Below are positions 41,656-50,801 of a stretch of 64,000 nt of DNA, piece by piece. Numbering within the stretch: the first letter of the stretch is position 1; each line of letters opens with the position of its first letter. Made by a program: the position numbers and the translations under genes. The notes beneath the pieces are model-generated. The model searched no databases. It saw only the letters and a program-made list of their open reading frames with translations, and had not been told where the DNA came from. Source of the DNA: an uncultured Gemmatimonadaceae bacterium (GTDB lineage Bacteria; Gemmatimonadota; Gemmatimonadetes; Gemmatimonadales; Gemmatimonadaceae); the NCBI GenBank assembly GCA_963843845.1, contig CAWJMB010000002.1, forward strand, positions 3,168,001-3,232,000, in the 5' to 3' direction.

Positions 41656-43231
41656 ATGCCCCACTTTCCCCAGCTCGTCGTCGCCATCGCGTTCGCGGCG
41701 CTCGTCGTCGCGCTGACCGCGGTCGCGCGCCGGCTGCCGGTGCCGACGCCGATTCTGCAAGTCGCCGCCGGGCTGCTCGTCGCGCTGCTGCCGGGGGTCG
41801 CGGTGCCGGAGCTGGAGCCGGACATCGTGTTCTTCGTCTTCCTGCCGCCGGTGCTGTGGGCGGCGGCGTTCTTCACGTCGTTTCGCGAGTTCAAGGCGAA
41901 CCGGCGTCCGATCGCGCTGCTCGCGATCGGGCTCGTCGTCGCGACGACCGGTGGTGGTCGCGATCGTGGCGCGGGCGCTGATCCCTGGGATGCCGTGGGC
42001 GGTGGCGATCGCGTTGGGCGCCATCGTCTCGCCGCCGGACGCGGTGGCGGCGACGGCGATCGTCTCGCGACTGCCGGTGCCGCACCGCGTGATCGTCGTG
42101 CTCGAAGGGGAGAGCCTCGTCAACGACGCGTCGGCGCTGGTGCTCTATCGCACCGCGGTCGCCGCGGCGGTGACGGGGGCGTTCAGCTGGGGCGAGTCGG
42201 TCGTTCGCTTCTTCATCGACGCGGGGGTCGGCGCGCTCGTCGGCATCGCGGTGTCGCTCGTCGTCATGCGCGTGCTGCGGTGGACGCGCGACCCGCTCGC
42301 CGAGACGCTGCTGACGCTCGCCGCGCCGTACGTCGCCTGGATCGCCGCCGAGACGATGCACGTCTCGGCCGTGCTCGCGTGCGTGGCGGGGGGGCTGTAC
42401 ATGCGGAGCCGATTCTCGACGGCCGTGTCGCCGGCGTCGCGCATCCAGACCCGTGCCGTGTGGGACCTCGTCGTGTTCACGCTGAACGCGATGATCTTCC
42501 TGTTGCTCGGTCTCGAGTTCGGCGCGCTCGTGCGGTCGACGTCGGCGAGCGAGCTGCTGCCGGTGGCGCGCGTCGGCGCCGTGATCGGCGTCGTGGCGAT
42601 CGTCGTGCGGCTCGTGTGGGTGCCGGTCGCGACGATCCTGCCGCGAACGTTCAGCGCGACGATGCGGCGGCTCGATCCGACGCCGTCGTGGAAGCCGGTG
42701 TTTCTCATCTCGTGGACGAGCATGCGCGGCATCGTGTCTCTCGCCACGGCGCTCGCGCTGCCGCGCGTGCTCGCCGACGGGCGGCCGTTTCCGTTCCGCG
42801 AGCAGGTGCTGGTCATCACGATGTGCGTCATCGTGCTGACGCTCGTCGTGCAGGGGCTCTCACTCGCGCCGCTCATCCGCGCGTTCGCGTTCGCGCCGGA
42901 CCACACGCATCACGACGAAGAGCGGCTCGCCCGTGTGGAGGCCGCGCGGCGCGGCGCCGAGGCGCTCGAGGATCTGTCGCGCGAATCGTGGGTGGATCCG
43001 CGCGACGTCGAATGGCTGCGCACGGAGCTGCGCGACCGGCTGCGGCTGCTCGAGCACGCCGGCGGCACGCCCGCGGGACGGCGGCGCCTGCGCGGCGAGA
43101 TGCGGCGCGCCGAGCGGCGGATGCTCGTGCGGCTGCGGAACGAGGGAGCGATCTCGGACGACGTGATGCGTTCGCTCGAGCAGGAGCTCGACCTCGAGGC
43201 GGTGCGATTCGGTGCGGGGAGCGGTGCCTAA
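41656..43231 (+). CDS. Na+/H+ antiporter (CPA1, NhaP/YjcE-like); frameshift near 41950
   Basis: FLPPVL, SPPDAVA, EGESLVNDA, MRGIVSLA and QELDLE. Confidence 0.9.
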
Positions 43232-43264
43232 CGCGAGGTGCCTAGCGCGAGGTGCCTAACGCGC
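43223..43264. repeat. 14-bp tandem repeat (GGTGCCTARCGCGA)x3 containing the CGTTAGGC motif
   Basis: GGTGCCTAACGCGA GGTGCCTAGCGCGA GGTGCCTAACGCG; spans the antiporter stop and the stop of the channel remnant. Confidence 0.85.
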
Positions 43265-43360
43265 CTCGTTCGGCGCGGGCGTGCTCGTCGTGCCAGGCTC
43301 CAGTCGCTCAGTTCGATCCAGCCGCTCGACGTCGATCGCGATCGCGCCGTGAGCGTCGCT
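43256..43360 (-). pseudogene. Orphan copy of the 3' end of the KirBac-like channel gene
   Basis: Encodes SDAHGAIAIDVERLDRTERLEPGTTSTPAPNEAR*, versus SDTDGAIAIDVERLDRTERLEPGTTSTPAVQDQSF* in the intact gene. Confidence 0.85.
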
Positions 43361-43548
43361 CTGCGAAGAATTCGGACTCTGCAATACTGGCGTAATGTTC
43401 GCCCAACTACTGCGCATGAGTGTGCTTGACGGCGCGAACCCGCGGCGTACACCTTCGCTGCGCAGTGACCGCAGGCCTCGGGGCCGCGAAGCGGCTTCCG
43501 ACGTCCGGCCAACTAATCGCACGCTCCCACCTGCCAGCGGAGGAGAAC

Positions 43549-44359
43549 ATGCGAACGAAGTATGCGTTACGCGCAGCGACTGTCGTCATCGGAACGCCCC
43601 TACTTGGATTGATCGCGCTCGGGGTGTTTGGCGCGTGCACTCCGACAATCGGTCCGGACGCCGAAGGTCGCGCCTGGGTCGCCTCCCACCGTAGTGTCGT
43701 ACCCACTGAATTCGAATCCATCGCGCGGCAGCCTGAGAACCTCCGTAAGCCGATCTACGCCACCCTCGGTCCCGAGCTACGACTCAAGGTCTGGCAGGCC
43801 CAAGTGGAGTCTTTCGTGCTACCAGCGTCCGAGCTTTCCGAGACGCAGAGGGCCACCGCGAACGCCCTTGAGGAGCCGCTCACGGACGCTCAGCGCCGTG
43901 CGGCGCGAATCGCGTTGGACAGCCTGTCCGCCGTCTTCGATGAGAGCTCGCCGATAGCTCAGAGGCAAGCGCTGGCCAACCGACTGTGTGCCTTCAACCG
44001 CAGCGCCTTCACACGAACGCAAGCGAGTACGATCTTCGGATCGATAGGTCCTTCAGGCCGCGAGGCGCCGAGCTCGGCCACAGCGTCTATCAGTTTAGCG
44101 CTGTTCCAGAGCTCGTTTCTGCCGGCACCTGCGATGTCTGCGCTGAGGAACGGCGCTGTCAAGGTCGGATTGTTCAAGGCGTCCATGCTACCGCGGTGCG
44201 ATTGCAACAGCACATCGTGGTGCGGTTGCGACCGTTGCTCAGGCAATAATCCGCAAGCTCGGGGTCACCGTCTGCACATACGACTACCCGGACTACATCC
44301 AGTGTGGGTGCTTCTGGTACTTCACATGTAATGGCAAGTGTCATGACGGCGAGACTTGA
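43549..44359 (+). CDS. Fulvocin C-related bacteriocin precursor-like lipoprotein; frameshift ~44240-44270
   Basis: GGAGGAG RBS; lipobox VFGA-C; WVASH..P..RKPIY.TL.PE.R.KVW prodomain; core CDCNSTSWCGCDRC.. continuing in the +1 frame as ..VCTYDYPDYIQCGCFWYFTCNGKCHDGET*. Confidence 0.72.
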
Positions 44360-44406
44360 CCGTGGCATTGTCGGCAGCCGCGCACGGTCACGCTGAGCAC
44401 TGCGTA

Positions 44407-44904
44407 ATGGTGCTTCGACGGCTCCGAGCTTCGCTCGTGGTTATCGGAACGTGGAGCATGGGCTTCTGTGGCGGGGGGATCGTCGCAGGGCTCTGCCTTG
44501 TCCTGCTCATTTCGCTCGGCGTACTCCCGTCGCCACGAAATGGGCAGGATGGCGTGCTCGCCATCATTGTGCTCTCCCGCGCCGTGAGGTGGGCAGCAAT
44601 CGGCGCATTGAGTGGCGTGCTGTTCACGGCAACTGTTGCGATAGCCGAGCGAAATGGCACGGTCGAGGGACTTTCGAGGTCGCGGTTCCTGCGTTGGGGG
44701 AGCATCACGGGTGCCATAGGCGCCGCCGTGATGGCGGTGACGGTGGCGCTGCTTGTCCTCCGTGACGGCGACTATCCGGGAGCGTTCTGGCTGATTGCTC
44801 TCGATCTCGGGGGTCTACCTCTTGTTGGCGCGCTTTTAGGACGCGCGACTGCCGCCGCGACGCTGCGCCTTGCGCGTCGCGATGTCACCGCCGCTGCGGG
44901 GTAG
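44407..44904 (+). CDS. 4-TM membrane protein (candidate immunity/partner); alternative TTG start at 44356
   Basis: Four hydrophobic segments; directly follows the Cys-rich gene inside the islet. Confidence 0.7.
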   Translation: MVLRRLRASLVVIGTWSMGFCGGGIVAGLCLVLLISLGVLPSPRNGQDGVLAIIVLSRAVRWAAIGALSGVLFTATVAIAERNGTVEGLSRSRFLRWGSITGAIGAAVMAVTVALLVLRDGDYPGAFWLIALDLGGLPLVGALLGRATAAATLRLARRDVTAAAG

Positions 44905-45033
44905 GGTGTTTCTGCGTAGGGGAGCGACGGCGCGCAAACGACCCGTCACCCTCTCTGTGTCCTGAACCGAAGCCGAACGGCCTGGGGTCGACGAGCGAAT
45001 GTGCCCGTGCATTACAGGTTCCTTCGCTGACAC

Positions 45034-46014
45034 TCAGAACGACTGGTCTTGCACGGCGGGCGTGCTCGTCGTGCCGGGCTCCAGTCGCTCGGTCCGGTCC
45101 AGCCGCTCGACGTCGATCGCGATCGCGCCGTCGGTGTCGCTCACGAACATGCTCGCCCACCGCGCGTCCCAGCGGATCTCCTCGGCGACGTACGACGCGC
45201 GGCGCGTGACGCGGGTGGAGAAGTTCTCCTCGTGCGCGTTCACGAGGACGACGATCTCCGCCTCGGCCGCGCGCAGCGTCTCGGGGGTCGCGCCGTGGAG
45301 CGGGCTGTCGGCGGTGAGCGGGTGGACGACGGTCCAGTGCAGCGTGAAGAACTCGACCGAGTCGCGCTCGAGCGCGAGGCGGTGGAAGTTGCGCTCGCGG
45401 TGGCCGTCGATCTCCTCGAACCAGGCCAAGTTCACGTTCACGTGGACGTCGGTCAGCTCGCTCGGCGCGAGGTTCACGAGGCGGAACATGAGGGCGCGTC
45501 CCCCCTCGTAGGGCGCGACGATCGCCGAGTCGCTGAAGCGGAGCTGCATGCGCGGGCGCGTGAGTCGCGCGATGAGCAGGCCGCCGGCGCCGAGCAACGT
45601 GAACGGGCCGACGAGCGACTCGAAGACGACGAGCCACAACGTCGTCGCGCCGACCGCGTGCATCCCTTCGGTGCCGGTCGTCGTGAACACGCCGACGCTG
45701 AACGCGAACGCGCGGAGGAACGGGTCGTCGACGCCTAACGACGCGACGCCGTCGATCGCGCGGGTGCCTAACGCGAGGTAGGCGAGCGTGAAGACGCCGT
45801 TCACGAGCAGCAAGGCGCCGAACGTCCAGCCGAAGAAGGCCGCCCACGACGCGTTCAGCGCGGCGAGATAGAAGCGTTCGCCGCGCTGCGCGCCGAGCCC
45901 GTACTTCTTGCTGCGCGGCGCGCCGTCACGCGACAGCAAGCGGCCGCGGACTCGCTGCGCGACGAGGCGGCCGAAGCCGAGGTCGCGGTCCTCCTGTTCC
46001 TCGGGAGGGGTCAC
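45034..46014 (-). CDS. KirBac-like inward-rectifier ion channel with atypical filter
   Basis: DLGFG N-terminus, slide helix, two TMs, ARLTRP..LRFS..AIVAP, LMFRLVN, WTVVHPLTADSPL and SYVAEEIRW. GTGA overlap with the SPFH gene. Confidence 0.85.
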   Translation of the reverse strand: MTPPEEQEDRDLGFGRLVAQRVRGRLLSRDGAPRSKKYGLGAQRGERFYLAALNASWAAFFGWTFGALLLVNGVFTLAYLALGTRAIDGVASLGVDDPFLRAFAFSVGVFTTTGTEGMHAVGATTLWLVVFESLVGPFTLLGAGGLLIARLTRPRMQLRFSDSAIVAPYEGGRALMFRLVNLAPSELTDVHVNVNLAWFEEIDGHRERNFHRLALERDSVEFFTLHWTVVHPLTADSPLHGATPETLRAAEAEIVVLVNAHEENFSTRVTRRASYVAEEIRWDARWASMFVSDTDGAIAIDVERLDRTERLEPGTTSTPAVQDQSF

Positions 46015-46926
46015 GGACGCCCGGTCGGGAACTGAATGAGCGGCGTCGCGCCGCCGGTCATGGTCGGCAGCCTGCCGTCCCACTTCTTCATCTGCTCGTA
46101 CTGCACGAGCGTCGGCGTGATGCTCGCCGAGAGGAGCTGATTCGCCTTCGCCTGCGCCTCCGCCTCGGCGAGGATCGCCTTCGCGCGGCCGGCGGCCTTG
46201 ATGCTGTCGCCCTGCGCCTGGAACGTGTTCTTCTGCAGCTCGTTCTGCGCGGTGAGCGCCTGCTGCTGCATGACGTTCTTCGTGTTGATGGCCTCGATGA
46301 CGCCGGCCGGCGGGCGCAGCTCGTTGATCGTGAACTGCTTCACGAGGATGCCGTACGGCTCGAGCCGCTTCTGGACGCCGGCCTGGGTCCGCGTCACGAC
46401 CTCCGCCTTCTTCGGCCCGATGACGTCGGCGATCGCTTCGGTGCCGATCGATCTCCTGCAGCGACTGGCGGATCGCCTGCTTGATGTACGTGTGCTGGAT
46501 CGACGCGATGTCGCTGCGGAACGTCTGATAGAGCTGCGGCACGCGCGTCGGATCGAGCTCGAACGACATCGAGACGTCGAGCGAGAGCGGCTGCCCTTCG
46601 ACGGAGTTGACGTTGATCTCGTCGTTGCCTGGCGAGCCTTCGGTGGTGGAGCGCGTCAGGACGAGCGTCTGCATGAACGTCGGGTACTCCTCGATCGCCG
46701 TGAGGAGCGGGTTGCGGCCGTGCAGCCCGGGCCCCAACGGCGTGCGATCGACACCGCCTCCGGCGCGATGAATGACGATGCCGACGTGGCCGGGGCTGAT
46801 GTACGTGACCGCCGACGGAACGAGGAACGCGAGCAGGAGGAGTCCGGCGACGATCATGGCGATGCGCTTCGCAGCGCCGCCCTTGTCGTCCCGCGGGCCG
46901 CCGTCGGGCATGCCGGCGGACGGCAT
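46011..46926 (-). CDS. SPFH/band 7 (prohibitin-like) protein; frameshift near 46450, start uncertain
   Basis: ISPGHVGIV, LGPGLH, AEAEAQAKANQLLSASIT and KKWDGRLP. Confidence 0.85.
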
Positions 46927-47030
46927 GCGCGGCGCGCGCCGGCTGGCGGACGGCGAGTAGTCGGTGTTCGAGCCCGCGGCGTGCGGCGTCGCGCAGCTCG
47001 TTCAGCGCGTCGGCTGCGGGGTCGGTGATC

Positions 47031-47296
47031 TCAGGCGTGGGCGTCGTCACGGAAGGCCTCGGCGTAACACTCGGGACAGGTGCTCGTGCCGCCAGGCAGT
47101 CGCACCAGGTCACGGGGTCGGTGGATGCCGTGGATGGGGCACGTGAGCGCGGCCTCACGCTCGAAGCGCCGGCGGTTCGCCGTCTGGCGGACCCATTCCC
47201 CACCGGGGTCCAACCGAGAACCCCATAAGCGACGAGGGCGACCGCCACCGCGAGCAACGCGATGAAGAGGACGCCCTCCAGGATGATCGTGACCAT
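47031..47296 (-). CDS. Small membrane-anchored protein with CPxH...CPEC zinc site; frameshift near 47198
   Basis: MVTIILEGVLFIALLAVAVALVAYG TM joined across a G-run to ..LTCPIHG..STCPECY. Confidence 0.65.
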
Positions 47297-47400
47297 CGTA
47301 CTGCAACATACGAGAGCGCGACCGCAATAGTTACCGGCGACGGGTCGAGCCGTGACTTGTGTACAGCTATCGGCGCCAGACCGCGCGAACAGACGCTTCT

Positions 47401-47416
47401 GGGCACGCTGCATGCT
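47401..47416 (+). promoter_or_regulatory. Candidate sigma-54 promoter of the PEP-CTERM gene
   Basis: GGGCACGCTGCATGCT has GG and GC at -24/-12 spacing with two deviations from consensus. Confidence 0.4.
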
Positions 47417-47573
47417 ACAGCTCGCGGTGCGCCACGTGGCAGCGGATCGCATCTCGCGATGCATCCAGTCGCGAGGTGCGTGACGTATCGCGGACCGACG
47501 TCCCAGTGCGGCCGCCGCCGACGTCACGCCGCAGCCGTATCCGCTCCCACACCTTGCAGCCTGGACCAGTGCC

Positions 47574-48479
47574 ATGCGTCGTCTCGTCCGCACCTCCGCT
47601 CCAACCCTCGTCGCGCTCCTCGTCGGCGCCACGGCCGCGCACGCGCAGTACACCGTCTACGGGATCCGCGACGCCGGCGGCACGCAGCAGCTCGTCTCGT
47701 TCAACTCGGCGACGCCGAACGCCGTGACGGTCATCGGCGCGACGGGCGCGACGCTCACCGGGATCGACTTCCGCCCGGCGAACAACGTGCTGTACGGCTA
47801 CAACGGGACGAGCGTCTTCACGGTCAACACGGCGACGGGCGCCGCGACGTCGCTGTTCACGCCGACCACGGCGACGACGGGGAACGGCGGCTTCGACTTC
47901 AATCCGGTGCCGGACCGCCTGCGCGTCGTCAGCCCGTCCGGCACGAACCTGCGCCTGAACGTGAACGCCCCGTTCACCGCAGCCAACACGATCACCGACG
48001 GCGCGTACACGTTCGCGGCCGGCGATCCGAACGTCGGCGTCACCCCGTCGTTCACGGCCGTCGCCTACACGAACAGCGACAACGATCCGTCGACCGGCAC
48101 GGCGCTGTTCGGCATCGACTCGAACCTCGGGCAGCTCGTCGCGATCACGAATCCGAACGGCGGAACGATCAACACGGTCGGCAGCCTCGGACTCGGTCAG
48201 GGGTCGGTAGTGACGGGCTTCGACATCGTGACGGTCGGGACGTCGAACTTCGGCTTCATCAGCGCCCTCGCGCCGGGGGCGAACGCGGCGTTCACGAACC
48301 TCTACAGCGTCAGCCTCACGACCGGCACCGCGACGTTCGTCGGGGCGATCGGCACGACGCCGAGCAACGTCGCCGACATCGCGATCGCCGCGGTGCCCGA
48401 GCCGGGCACCTGGATGCTGCTCGGGACCGGCCTGGTCGGACTCGCCGGGGTGGCGCGCCGTCGTCGCACCACCGTGTAA
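47574..48479 (+). CDS. DUF4394-like PEP-CTERM protein
   Basis: GIDFRPAN, GFDFNPVPDRLRVVS, AYTNS and C-terminal VPEPGTWMLLGTGLVGLAGVARRRR. Confidence 0.9.
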   Translation: MRRLVRTSAPTLVALLVGATAAHAQYTVYGIRDAGGTQQLVSFNSATPNAVTVIGATGATLTGIDFRPANNVLYGYNGTSVFTVNTATGAATSLFTPTTATTGNGGFDFNPVPDRLRVVSPSGTNLRLNVNAPFTAANTITDGAYTFAAGDPNVGVTPSFTAVAYTNSDNDPSTGTALFGIDSNLGQLVAITNPNGGTINTVGSLGLGQGSVVTGFDIVTVGTSNFGFISALAPGANAAFTNLYSVSLTTGTATFVGAIGTTPSNVADIAIAAVPEPGTWMLLGTGLVGLAGVARRRRTTV

Positions 48480-48493
48480 GCGACTGCACTGTC

Positions 48494-48576
48494 CGTTCGC
48501 GCGACGGCTCACGTCGCGCGAACGAGAAGACGCCCGGCGCCGGTGGACCGTGACTCCACCAGCGTCGGGCGTCTTC
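48494..48576. terminator. Two adjacent hairpins between convergent genes
   Basis: CGTTCGCGCGACG..CGTCGCGCGAACG and GAAGACGCCCG..CGGGCGTCTTC. Confidence 0.65.
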
Positions 48577-48610
48577 CGTGTCGCGGCCGTACGGACCCGG
48601 CGGCTTCGGC

Positions 48611-49207
48611 TTACTCGGCGGCCAGCTTCGCGGCGATGTCGACGAGGCGGCGCGTCTGGTGGCGCACCGCAGCCTTGATCTCGTCGGTGACCTGTCCGGC
48701 GATCGCGCTCGTGCCGTACGGGTTTCCGCCGGCGGCGTAGAGCACCTGATCGGTGTAGCCCGGCGCGACGACGATCGAGCCCCAGTGCATGAACGTCTGG
48801 TTCATGCCCATGAGCGTCGTCTCCTGCCCGCCGTGCGGGTTCTGCGCGCTCGTCATCGCGCTCGCGGCCTTGTTCGCGAGCTGGCCCTTGAACCAGATGG
48901 GGCCGAGGGTATCGATGAACGCGCGCATCTGGCTCGCCATCGTTCCGTAGCGCGTCGGGGCGCTGAACAGGTACGCGTTCGCCCACACGAGGTCGTCGGG
49001 AGTCGCCTCGGGCACCTCGGCCGTGCGCTCGGCCTGCGCCTTCCACGCGTCCTGCCCGGCGACGACGCCTGCGGGTGCCGTCTCGCGCACCTTCAGGAGG
49101 CGGACCTCGGCTCCCGACTCGCGCGCCGCCTCGGCTGCGACTTCGGCCATCTGATGGTTCGTGCCGTACGTGCTGTAGTAGACGATCGCGAGTCGGACAG
49201 TTGCCAT
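48611..49207 (-). CDS. wrbA: NAD(P)H:quinone oxidoreductase, type IV flavodoxin-like
   Basis: YYSTYG, PTRYG.MASQM, HGGQETT and GGNPYG. Confidence 0.93.
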   Translation of the reverse strand: MATVRLAIVYYSTYGTNHQMAEVAAEAARESGAEVRLLKVRETAPAGVVAGQDAWKAQAERTAEVPEATPDDLVWANAYLFSAPTRYGTMASQMRAFIDTLGPIWFKGQLANKAASAMTSAQNPHGGQETTLMGMNQTFMHWGSIVVAPGYTDQVLYAAGGNPYGTSAIAGQVTDEIKAAVRHQTRRLVDIAAKLAAE

Positions 49208-49238
49208 CGGTCACTCCGGTGAGGGTCGACCGAGACAT

Positions 49239-49258
49239 ATAGGCGTTATAACGTCTAT
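49239..49258. promoter_or_regulatory. AT-rich palindrome, candidate MarR operator upstream of wrbA
   Basis: ATAGGCGTTATAACGTCTAT is a 20-bp palindrome with one mismatched pair. Confidence 0.65.
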
Positions 49259-49276
49259 TCGATACCGAGATTTCGA

Positions 49277-49762
49277 CTAGGGCGTGTCGTCGCGACGAGC
49301 GGCGGCCAGCCCGAGGTCGCGGAGCAGCCGGGTCGCGGTCGCCTGGTCATCCGGGTCGAGGCCGGCCGTCGCCGCGCGGATGGCGGCAGCGTGCTCGGGA
49401 AACACGCGTGCGACGAACGCCTGCCCGTCGTCGGTCAACACTGCGTACCGCGCTCGTCGATCCTCGGCGCACTGATCGCGGCGTACGAGGCCGCGGCGCT
49501 CCAGCCGGTCCACGAGATACGTGACGCCGCCGCTCGACACGAGCAGCTTGCGCTGGACTTCGCCGAGCAGCATCGGCCCCTTGTGATAGAGCGCCTCGAG
49601 GACGCCGAACTCGGCGAGCGTCATCGAATAGCGGGCGACATGCTCCGTGGCGCGCGCCGAGATCGCCGCGTGGGCGCGCGACAGCACGACCCACAGTTTG
49701 AGCGCGTCGCGCTCGTCGGGCTCGACGTCTGGTGTCGTGGCGGTGTGGGCGGCAGCGGTCAT
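49277..49762 (-). CDS. MarR-family transcriptional regulator (MhqR-like)
   Basis: EFGVLEALYHKGP, SSGGVTYLVDRLE and DRRAR..LTDDG. Confidence 0.93.
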   Translation of the reverse strand: MTAAAHTATTPDVEPDERDALKLWVVLSRAHAAISARATEHVARYSMTLAEFGVLEALYHKGPMLLGEVQRKLLVSSGGVTYLVDRLERRGLVRRDQCAEDRRARYAVLTDDGQAFVARVFPEHAAAIRAATAGLDPDDQATATRLLRDLGLAAARRDDTP

Positions 49763-49858
49763 CGTATCCGGAAAGATACGCAGGAGCGCCGGAACCCGGG
49801 ACTCGGAGCGCGGGACCGCCTGACGACCGTGTGGCGTTCGCCCCGGGTCTCGCTCCGC

Positions 49859-50801
49859 CTACGCCAGCTCCGCGCGGAGCGCCGCCTCGACCGTCGGGTG
49901 CGCGAACGGATAGGCGGCGCGCTGCAACAGCTGCGGGAACGACGCGCTGGCTGGCGAGCGCCATCTCGTCGGCCTGCTCGCTTCCCATCAGGAGCCGCAG
50001 CGCGAACTTCGGGACCGTCGTGAAGACCGGCCGCTCGAGAACGTGGCCGAGTGCGTCGGAGAAGCGGGCGTTCGTGACCGGTTCCGGGCCCACGAGGTTG
50101 ACCGCGCCGTGCAGCGTGTCGTCCGACAGCGCGAACGCGTACGCGCCGACCGTGTCGTGGAGCGAGATGCAGCTCATCCACGCCCGCCCATCGCCGAGCT
50201 TGCCGCCGAGTCCGACGCGGAAGGGGGGGAGAAGTGTCTTCAGCAGGCCGCCGTCGGGGCTGAGGACGAGTCCTGTCCGCAGGAGGGCGACCCGGATGCC
50301 CGCCCGCTGGGCGGCGTGGGTCGCCGCCTCCCACTCCTGGCAGACGTCGGCGAGAAAGCCGACGCCCGGCGGGCTCGCCTCCGTCAGCACCTCGTCGCCG
50401 CGGTCGCCGTAGTAGCCGATGGCCGAGGCGCTGATCAGGGCGCGTGGCGGTGTCGCCATGCCGGCGAGCGCCTCGGCGAGCAGTGTCGTGCCATTCACGC
50501 GACTGTCGCGGATCGCGCGCTTGTGGGCATCCGTCCAGCGGTGCGCCACCGACGCGCCAGCCAGGTGCACCACGGCGTCCGCGCCGTCGAGGGCGGCCGA
50601 GTCGATCCGACGGGCGTCGGGGTTCCAGGCGAAGTCGCCAGCCGCGCGCGGAGCACGCGTGATCCGGCGCACCGCGTGGCCGCCGGCGCGGAGCGCGGCG
50701 ACGAGGGCGGAGCCGATCAGACCGGTCGCGCCGGTGATCGCGATCGTGAGCGGTGGGCGGTTCGCCGCGTGTGTGGTGGTGCCGCCTCGGGGGGCTGTCA
50801 T
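49859..50801 (-). CDS. TIGR01777-family epimerase/oxidoreductase; frameshift near 49935
   Basis: ITGATGLIG, IRDSRV, SAIGYYG, CQEWE and SQRVVP, then LLQRAAYPFAHP in another frame. Confidence 0.9.

Larger units (their letters stand above)
43275..45131. mobile_element. Lower-GC genomic islet bounded by 76-bp direct repeats (43275-43350 and 45056-45131); no integrase
   Basis: Repeats are 72/76 identical. The interior is visibly AT-richer with atypical codons (TTA, ATA, CTA). Confidence 0.8.

Noticed and set aside
43388..43453. Promoter calls for the islet gene (TGGCGTAATGTTCGC; TTGACG-N16-TACACC)
   Set aside because: Two competing imperfect matches that cannot be resolved by eye.
45034..46926. 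630-aa SPFH-channel fusion in the ORF track
   Set aside because: Artefact of the frameshift near 46450. The true SPFH C-terminus is in ORF 46011-46397, and the channel has its own overlapping GTG.
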